Below, piece after piece: positions 57,810 to 64,000 of a stretch of DNA of 64,000 nt (its first letter is position 1; each line of letters opens with the position of its first letter). Made by a program: the position numbers and the translations under genes. Where the stretch lies: positions 29,563-93,562 of the IMG/VR virus record IMGVR_UViG_2667527676_000002; one strand, written 5' to 3'. The stretch is from a virus (Duplodnaviria; Caudoviricetes). A model generated the notes under the pieces. The model was not told the origin of the DNA. It searched no databases and saw only the letters and a program-made list of their open reading frames with translations.

Positions 57810-58249
57810 GCACTGAGCAGTTCATTCGGGAGTCCGCCGCGCGCGGGCTTTCCCGCCGCGCAACCCGGCTGGCCCTGGGCATCGGCCCCTGGGTATTCCG
57901 CGAAATGCTGACCCTGATGCCGGACATCGAGTGGCCGGCACGCGGATGCTCAGCCGACCACCAGCGTGCGAACGAGCAGAAGCGCGGACGCTGCACACCG
58001 GCGCAGGCCGCGGCGCTGGAGCGCGCGCACGAACGCTGGAGCGAGAGCCGACGCTTCACCGTCGACGGAGTGACCGGGACCGTCGCCGAGTTGGTGGAGC
58101 ACTTCCAGAGCCCGGTCCACGCAACAACCGTCCGCCGCCGCGTCGCCGCCGGCATGAGCCTGCGCGACGCCCTCATCACCCCGCGCCAGCAGCCCAAGCC
58201 CGGGCGCCGGCATCCCTGGAACCGCTCACAGCAGCAGGTGCAGCCATGA
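57806..58249 (+). CDS. Hypothetical DNA-binding protein
   Basis: ATGA overlaps at both ends, TVRRRVAAGMSLRDAL. Confidence 0.65.
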   Translation: MSTEQFIRESAARGLSRRATRLALGIGPWVFREMLTLMPDIEWPARGCSADHQRANEQKRGRCTPAQAAALERAHERWSESRRFTVDGVTGTVAELVEHFQSPVHATTVRRRVAAGMSLRDALITPRQQPKPGRRHPWNRSQQQVQP

Positions 58250-58894
58250 CGACGAACCAGAACCACCCCGACGATCACCTTGCCATTGAAGCGCTCCACA
58301 GCCGCTATCTCAATGTCCTGACCGGACGCACCAGCGATCACCTCCTGATGTTCCAGGACGAGGCCTACGCGCTTGGCCGCGCCCGGGGCCGCCTGGACGT
58401 GTTCCGTTTCGACCTGCACCTGGAGCGCCAGCGCCGGTTCAGCGAACGCACGTTCGGTCCTGGGTCGCGCGCCGCTGGCGTCATCGACCACATCCGCAAG
58501 GAACTGCGCGAGATCGAGGAAGCCCCCCGGCGACCTGGCCGAGTGGATCGACGTTGTGATCCTGGCCCTGGACGGCGCCTGGCGCACCGGCGCCACTCCC
58601 GCGCAGATCATCGACGCCCTGGTCGCCAAGCAGACGAAGAACGAGGCGCGCACCTGGCCGGACTGGCGCACGGCACCGGCCGACAAGGCGATCGAACACG
58701 TCCGAGCGGACGAGCCGGTCGACGACAACACCTACTTCGTCATGCGCAACGCCGGCGGCGCCGTGTTCGTGAAGCACGGTCCCTTCTTCCGCGACCAGGG
58801 CGGCCTGACGGAGGACTGGGGGAAGAACTGGACGCGCATCAGGGCCGGCAGCCTCAAGCATGCCCGCCAGATTGGGGAGGGGCTGCTGCCGTGA
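58246..58894 (+). pseudogene. DUF550 (dNTP pyrophosphohydrolase-like) gene with a +1 frameshift
   Basis: TFGPG..GVIDHIRKEL.EIEEAP continues as GDLAEWIDVVILALDGAWR in another frame at C6 run 58523-58528. Confidence 0.75.
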
Positions 58895-59150
58895 TCCAGC
58901 GCATCTACCTCGCCGGGCCTATGACCGGCCTGCCGGAACACAACTTCCCCGCCTTCCATGCCGAAGCCGCGCGCCAGCCTACGGCACCCGGGCCGGCTAC
59001 ATGCGCAAGGCCCTGGCGCAGCTGGTTACCTGCGACGCCATCGCGCTGTTGCCGGGCTGGCCAAGTTCACGCGGCGCCAATATCGAGCGCAGCCTGGCCT
59101 TTGAGATGGGGACGAAGGTCGTCATGGCCGCGGACATCGCCGCACCTATA
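58891..59150 (+). pseudogene. DUF4406-like gene with internal deletion/frameshift
   Basis: IYLAGPMTGLPEHNFPAF in one frame, YMR..CDAIALLPGW..SRGANIE in another. Confidence 0.7.
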
Positions 59151-59159
59151 GGGCGGGAG

Positions 59160-59468
59160 TCAACCGCCACCCTCGCCTGTGCTTCCACCGCTAACTCCGG
59201 ACTTCACCAAGCAAACGAGCTTTCGCATTCCGACGTGGGTGCAAGGTCTTCCGGGCGCCACCCCCTCGATCATTCGGTTGAGGTCGGCTCGTTCGAGCCC
59301 GTCAGCTAGAACCCCCTCGCGGTAGAGCTGCCGAATGTGCCCTTCGTGAAGCCACTTCTTGCTGGTCTCATTGAAGCAAATGCTCCGCCCAGGTCTTCGC
59401 CCTTGAATGAGCAGGCCTTGCTCGCCAGCCAACTCAAACACTCGCGCAACAAACCATTCCTCATCCAT
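59160..59468 (-). CDS. Antisense moron, unknown
   Basis: GGAG RBS and TATACT -10-like element upstream. Confidence 0.55.
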   Translation of the reverse strand: MDEEWFVARVFELAGEQGLLIQGRRPGRSICFNETSKKWLHEGHIRQLYREGVLADGLERADLNRMIEGVAPGRPCTHVGMRKLVCLVKSGVSGGSTGEGGG

Positions 59469-59509
59469 GTTCATCGCTCCAGCCGAAAGCCTGGAGTATA
59501 GGAGACCCT

Positions 59510-60208
59510 ATGCCGGCAAATTGCTGCGCTCACAAGGAACGCCCCATCTTGTTCAGCGGGCCGATGGTCCGCGTCATCCTGGAGGGGCGGAAGACGGTCA
59601 CCCGCCGGGTGATGAAGCCGCAGCCCGACTTCCTCGGCTCAATGGTCGATCCCAATACGCCATTCAAGACGCTTGATGCCGGCCTGCACGCGCGCATCAC
59701 CTGCCCCTACGGCGAGCCCGGCGATCGGTTGTGGGTGCGCGAGACGTGGACTGACGTGAACATGTGCGGCGCACCGGCGCTGGCATATCGGGCGGACGAG
59801 GATATGCGCGATCTTATGGAGGAGCCGGGCTTTCTGGATGATCGCGGAGCCTTCAACTACGACGACCCGCGCGTCAAGCCATATCCATTCGCCTGCTGGT
59901 ACGCCGAACTTGATCAGGCGCGCTGGCGGCCGAGCATCCATATGCCGCGTTGGGCCTCCCGCATCCTGCTGGAGATCACCGCTGTTCGCGTCGAGCGCCT
60001 GCAGGACATCAGCGAAGAGCAGGCGTTGGCAGAGGGAGTGCGCGGCGAGCCATGCGACCACGCTCGGCAAGCCTGCGCCGATATCGGCTGCTGGGGCGAC
60101 ACAGCCAAGGGGGCGTTCGGCTTCCTCTGGGAATCGCTCAACGGCGAGGGAAGCTGGGCCGCAAACCCATGGGTCTGGGTCGTCGAGTTCAAGCGGGTGA
60201 CGCCATGA
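59510..60208 (+). CDS. ASCH/PUA-like phage protein
   Basis: ERPILFSGPMV..GRKTVTRR, WRPSIHMPRWASRI, NPWVWVVEF. Confidence 0.8.
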   Translation: MPANCCAHKERPILFSGPMVRVILEGRKTVTRRVMKPQPDFLGSMVDPNTPFKTLDAGLHARITCPYGEPGDRLWVRETWTDVNMCGAPALAYRADEDMRDLMEEPGFLDDRGAFNYDDPRVKPYPFACWYAELDQARWRPSIHMPRWASRILLEITAVRVERLQDISEEQALAEGVRGEPCDHARQACADIGCWGDTAKGAFGFLWESLNGEGSWAANPWVWVVEFKRVTP

Positions 60209-60738
60209 GCGCCATCATCAGTGAATGCGGCCAGTACCGTTACCTTCTGACTCGCCCTGGCGACTGCCTGGCCGACAAGGGCACAGCGGTCTTCCTAATG
60301 CTCAATCCGAGCACCGCCGATGCCGCGCTCGACGATCCAACGATCCGGCGCTGCCGCAACTTCGCCTCGGCCTGGGGCTGCAACGGGATCGCCGTCGTCA
60401 ATCTGTACGCCTTGCGCGCGACGAACCCAGCCGAACTCTGGAAGCACGACGACCCAGTAGGCCCAGACAACGACTGGCGCCTGCGCGCGATCGCCCGAGA
60501 GTACACCGACATCGTGTGCGCCTGGGGCGCCAATGCGAAGCCCGAGCGAGTAGAAGCCGTAACCAGCATCCTGACCGCCGCCGGCGGGCGCCTCTGGTGT
60601 CTTGGCACGACGAAGGATGGCCACCCGCGCCACCCTCTGTACGTGCCTGGAAATCAAGCGCTCCAGCCTTGGGCGCCGAGGGTAACGCCATGTCACGGGG
60701 CGTATCTGGATACCTCTAGTGATCTGCGCCCGCGCTGA
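60205..60738 (+). CDS. DUF1643-family protein
   Basis: MLNPSTAD..DDPTIRRC, VNLYA, AWG, PRHPLY. Confidence 0.85.
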   Translation: MSAIISECGQYRYLLTRPGDCLADKGTAVFLMLNPSTADAALDDPTIRRCRNFASAWGCNGIAVVNLYALRATNPAELWKHDDPVGPDNDWRLRAIAREYTDIVCAWGANAKPERVEAVTSILTAAGGRLWCLGTTKDGHPRHPLYVPGNQALQPWAPRVTPCHGAYLDTSSDLRPR

Positions 60739-60964
60739 CAAATGCGGATAGCCACAGACAGCAGCCCCCTGCAACGAGCGGTAACCAGAACACCAGAATC
60801 AAGACTTCCTCGCTGAACAGTTCCCTGATGAAGCTCTTTAGGGTGTATTCGGTAGTCACGACCTGAAAGAGCGCAAGGACAGAAACTGCAAGGAAGACTG
60901 CAATTCCGATCAGGCCAATCACCTTAAGCGTCTTTACCACTAGTTGCCGCTGCGCCTGCTTCAT
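60716..60964 (-). CDS. Antisense two-TM moron
   Basis: Two hydrophobic helices, AT-richer. Confidence 0.55.
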   Translation of the reverse strand: MKQAQRQLVVKTLKVIGLIGIAVFLAVSVLALFQVVTTEYTLKSFIRELFSEEVLILVFWLPLVAGGCCLWLSAFVSAGADH

Positions 60965-61093
60965 CGATTCATCCCTGAGCAAAAAATCGAGCCTACCCCA
61001 CTCCATGCCATTGCGCCACTACGGCGCAAGGATGCCCCTATACCTATCGGTCAGCCGCTGGACTACGGCGCCGGAGCAACCGGAGACACCACA

Positions 61094-62092
61094 ATGTCCT
61101 CTACCCAACACCAACTGATCGTGCAGTGCGCCACCCGCCTGCGCGGCATCATCGAAGCACTGGACAACATCCACGACACCAGCCCGCAGCGCTGGTCGAC
61201 GGACCTCGACGACGTTCACTCCTCGGCCGAGAGCCTGCTGGCCCTCATCAATGACCAGGCGCCGACGCTAGATTCCCAGGGCCTGGCCGGTACAGCGCTT
61301 CGTGACTCACCGGCATCGGTAGAGCAGGCAGGCGTGGATGAGCGCGCGGTTTTCGAATTCTTCGTTCGCAAGCACTGCGGCATGCCGGAGCATATCGCTG
61401 TGAACTGGGACGCCAAGTTCACCAATGATGCATGGGAGGGGTGGAAAGCCCGCGCCGCCCTGGCCAGGGTCGCGGAGCTGGAGAAGCAGGAGCCGTTCTA
61501 CTACTTCGCCGACTGCGACGACCCGGACTATTCGCACCTGTTCAACACGCGCAGCGACGCACTGACACAAGTAGCAGATCATGGCGGTAGGGTCGTAGAG
61601 CTTTTCCGTTTGCCGGTCGCACAGGCTCAGCACAGCGTGCCGGAGGGGTGGAAGCTCGTACCGATGGACCCGACGTCGCAGATGACCTTTGTCGGCCAGT
61701 CCCTGCGTTATGACGCGGTAAACAGCATCGGCGAGATTTACCGGCAGATGCTCGCCGCCGCGCCCGGCAAGGAAGTGCCGCAGGCCTGGCTCGATGTTCA
61801 AGCCGAGCGCCTCCGGCAGGTCGAGGCAGAGGGCTGGATGCCGGAGCATGACGATGCGCACAGCCACGGCCAGATGGCCCGAGCCGCCGCCTGCTACGCC
61901 CTGGCCGGCTCCAGCGCCCCGAGCGATGGAACCGCTGCCCTGCTGGTGTCGCTCGCATGGCCCTGGGATGAACAGTGGTGGAAGCCGAGCACTGCTCGAC
62001 GCGATATGGTCAAGGCCTGCGCCCTCGGGCTGGCCGAGATCGAGCGTCTCGACCGGGCAGCGGCGACTCAGGGAGGGCCGCGCGATGCGTAG
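61094..62092 (+). CDS. Mosaic early protein (Ea22/DUF551-like modules)
   Basis: AWEGWKARA, VPEGWKLVP, ER.RQ...EGW.PEHDD.H, RRDMVKA.AL.LAEIERLDR. Confidence 0.7.
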   Translation: MSSTQHQLIVQCATRLRGIIEALDNIHDTSPQRWSTDLDDVHSSAESLLALINDQAPTLDSQGLAGTALRDSPASVEQAGVDERAVFEFFVRKHCGMPEHIAVNWDAKFTNDAWEGWKARAALARVAELEKQEPFYYFADCDDPDYSHLFNTRSDALTQVADHGGRVVELFRLPVAQAQHSVPEGWKLVPMDPTSQMTFVGQSLRYDAVNSIGEIYRQMLAAAPGKEVPQAWLDVQAERLRQVEAEGWMPEHDDAHSHGQMARAAACYALAGSSAPSDGTAALLVSLAWPWDEQWWKPSTARRDMVKACALGLAEIERLDRAAATQGGPRDA

Positions 62093-62207
62093 AGCACTGA
62101 CCGCCCTCGGCATCATCGCCGCCCTCGGCCTGGCCATGGTAGGGCTGGTGGAGATATTCCCGATCCTTCGCACGCTGGCGGCCTGGCAGACGGGGTGCTT
62201 CGGATGA
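62085..62207 (+). CDS. 40-aa membrane peptide, homolog of 6901-7023
   Basis: GGAGG RBS; MRRALTALGIIAALGLAMVGLVEIFPILRTLAAWQTGCFG. Confidence 0.65.
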   Translation: MRRALTALGIIAALGLAMVGLVEIFPILRTLAAWQTGCFG

Positions 62208-62590
62208 AGCAGAAACCAGGCATCGCCCTTCCCCGCTGGCTCCTGCGGACCACAACGATGCAGATGCACAGCGTCGACGTGGTACTGGTCATGGCCCTGG
62301 TGCTCCAGCACCACGGCACGGCCGACGCTGTTCGCCGCGCCGCCGGTCAGCTTCGCGACAGAGTGTGTTCCGAGCACCGGCCCAAGATGACCGCGCTCAT
62401 GCGAATGCAAGACGACGCGGCGGCGCTGCAAGTGGCGCTCAACATCGTCCAACGCGCCACCGACGCCCTGGGCATCCTGCCGGGAGCGCCGTTTCCGGCC
62501 AGACCTTCGCCCAGCGAAAGCCCACCGGATCAGGGGCACATGCCCGCCAAGGCTGGTCCCGTCACCGGTGAGCCGGTGCATCCTACCTGA
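62204..62590 (+). CDS. Hypothetical protein
   Basis: ATGA overlap. Confidence 0.6.
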   Translation: MKQKPGIALPRWLLRTTTMQMHSVDVVLVMALVLQHHGTADAVRRAAGQLRDRVCSEHRPKMTALMRMQDDAAALQVALNIVQRATDALGILPGAPFPARPSPSESPPDQGHMPAKAGPVTGEPVHPT

Positions 62591-62665
62591 AATCATCCAT
62601 GCCCGCGGCCCAACGGAAAGGGCCGCGGAACAGCCCGGCCGGAGAGCTGGGATAGGTAACGCCCA

Positions 62666-62950
62666 ATGAACACCCTGTTTCTGTTGATGGCTCAGTACGA
62701 TGGCGCCGCTATCATTCCCCTCGAACGCGTCTGCGCCGACTACTTCAGCCACCTGACCCCCGAGAAAATGAAGATGAAGGTAGCGGCCGGCGAAATCGAC
62801 TTGCCGCTGGTACGCATGGAGAACAGCCAGAAGTCTGCGCGTGGCGTACACCTGACGGACCTGGCGAACTACCTTGACGAACGGCACAGAACGGCGAAGG
62901 AAGAGCACGAAAAGCTCATGGGTCGCAGAACCCTGCGCCGTGCATCCTAG
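62666..62950 (+). CDS. PrtN-family excisionase-like protein
   Basis: MNTLFLLMAQYDGAAIIPLERVCADYF; convergent with the integrase. Confidence 0.8.
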   Translation: MNTLFLLMAQYDGAAIIPLERVCADYFSHLTPEKMKMKVAAGEIDLPLVRMENSQKSARGVHLTDLANYLDERHRTAKEEHEKLMGRRTLRRAS

Positions 62951-62959
62951 CCTTCCCGC

Positions 62960-64000
62960 CTACCGGGCCTCGATCGTGGGGCCCTCTATTATCTGCTCCA
63001 ACCACGGCCAGTCTTCGTACTTGTCGCCGCTCCCTCTCAGATGCGTGTAACGCCGCATCGAGTTCCAGTCCCGGTGGCCCGAGACGCTGGCCACGCGCGG
63101 AATATCCCATCCGATCTCGAAAAGCCGACTGATGCCGTCATGGCGCAGGTCGTGAAAGTGGAGATCATCGATCTCCAAGAAGCTGCAAGCCCTGGTAAAC
63201 GAAGCGCTGACCGACTTCGCGTTGTAGGGGAACACGAACTCCTCGCGCCGGGGCATCGAATGCAAAATGCGCCATGCCTGGTCTGGCAGGTGGCACCAGA
63301 CATCATTCCCGTATTTCTGGCCCGGATTCTTCATGTCCGTGATCAGCACTGCCTGGCGTGCTTCGTCGATGGCGTCCCAGCGGATCCGGGTGATCTCTTC
63401 CTGGCGGCGCGTTGAGAAAATCGCAAAGCCGATCATCCGAACCATGTCGATCTGCTGCTTGCGACGCTCCCGCATTTCAACGAAGTAGGCAAGGATGGTG
63501 TCAAGCTCCTCCAAAGTTGGGCGCCTGTCCCGCTCGTTGCTCCTGGAAACCCCTCCCATCTTGCGCAGAACGCGCCTGGCGTCGGCCATGGCCACCGGAT
63601 CCACCTCGTAGCCCCATGCTGGGCGCGCAACCGTCAAGACGGCACCGAGGTGAGAAAGATCGTTGCCTACAGTCTGCGGCTGCACGCCGCCCTTCTCGAT
63701 GCGATCCATTGCGTACTCGACCAACACCTGGGAAGTCAGGTCCCGGTCGACCACATCCCCCAGCCATGTCGCAGCTATCGCCTGGAGCGTCGCCTCCTTA
63801 GTCCTGCCCAACGGTCGCAGTTTCCCGTACTCCTCAAGATACTGCTTGATCATTTCCCGTACAGTGACGCCCTTGCGATTGGCTCGCTCGATCGCGCCTG
63901 GCGCTGCCAACTCTGCCTCTCGGCGCTTCAGCCAGTTCTGGGCCGCCGCCTTCCGGTCGAACGTCTGGCTTTCCTGATAAACTGCCTTCCCCTGTCGCAT
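62960..64000 (-). CDS. int: Tyrosine integrase (dusA-associated type), 5' end outside the window
   Basis: STRRQEEI, FHDLRHDGISRL, SGHRDW, RRYTHL; paralog of 7272-8426. Confidence 0.92.
   Translation of the reverse strand: MRQGKAVYQESQTFDRKAAAQNWLKRREAELAAPGAIERANRKGVTVREMIKQYLEEYGKLRPLGRTKEATLQAIAATWLGDVVDRDLTSQVLVEYAMDRIEKGGVQPQTVGNDLSHLGAVLTVARPAWGYEVDPVAMADARRVLRKMGGVSRSNERDRRPTLEELDTILAYFVEMRERRKQQIDMVRMIGFAIFSTRRQEEITRIRWDAIDEARQAVLITDMKNPGQKYGNDVWCHLPDQAWRILHSMPRREEFVFPYNAKSVSASFTRACSFLEIDDLHFHDLRHDGISRLFEIGWDIPRVASVSGHRDWNSMRRYTHLRGSGDKYEDWPWLEQIIEGPTIEAR

Larger units (their letters stand above)
8621..64000. mobile_element. Prophage 2: lambdoid siphovirus, right end outside the window
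   Basis: Lysis, tail, head, packaging, replication, immunity, recombination and integration modules in lambdoid order. Confidence 0.93.

Noticed and set aside
57931-59151. 406-aa ORF
   Set aside because: Artefactual fusion produced by the DUF550 and DUF4406 frameshifts
61307-62908. 533-aa antisense ORF
   Set aside because: Spans four sense genes and has no motifs

Overview
GC-rich DNA of Pseudomonas aeruginosa type, entirely prophage. It holds two temperate elements integrated in tandem at the 5' end of dusA. Element 1 (<1-~8620) shows only its early/integration end: Cro, a PrtR-like S24 repressor, a PrtN-like activator, a C5 DNA methyltransferase, xis and a dusA-associated tyrosine integrase, ending in a replacement dusA 5' stub (RRFSVAPMMD). 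Prophage 2 (~8621->64000) is a near-complete lambdoid siphovirus. Its minus strand carries lysis, tail, head, terminase, holins, a Q-like regulator, RusA, DnaB, a replication initiator, cII and cro. Its plus strand carries cI, a Panacea toxin-antitoxin pair, a CsrA homolog, RecE/T-type recombination genes, a PAPS-reductase-like gene, a methyltransferase and xis; a second integrase on the minus strand runs off the right edge. Best leads: (1) a secreted D-glucuronyl C5-epimerase-like moron beside the tail fibre, a candidate O-antigen ManA->GulA serotype-conversion enzyme; (2) an overprinted EcoHK31I-beta-like gene inside the methyltransferase; (3) a tRNA-like ncRNA and a start-stop minigene next to the CsrA homolog; (4) a PanA/MazF-like TA pair in the immunity region; (5) possible phage relatives of the domesticated prtR/prtN and alpBCDE loci. 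Family assignments come from recognised motifs and recalled sequences; no searches were run.
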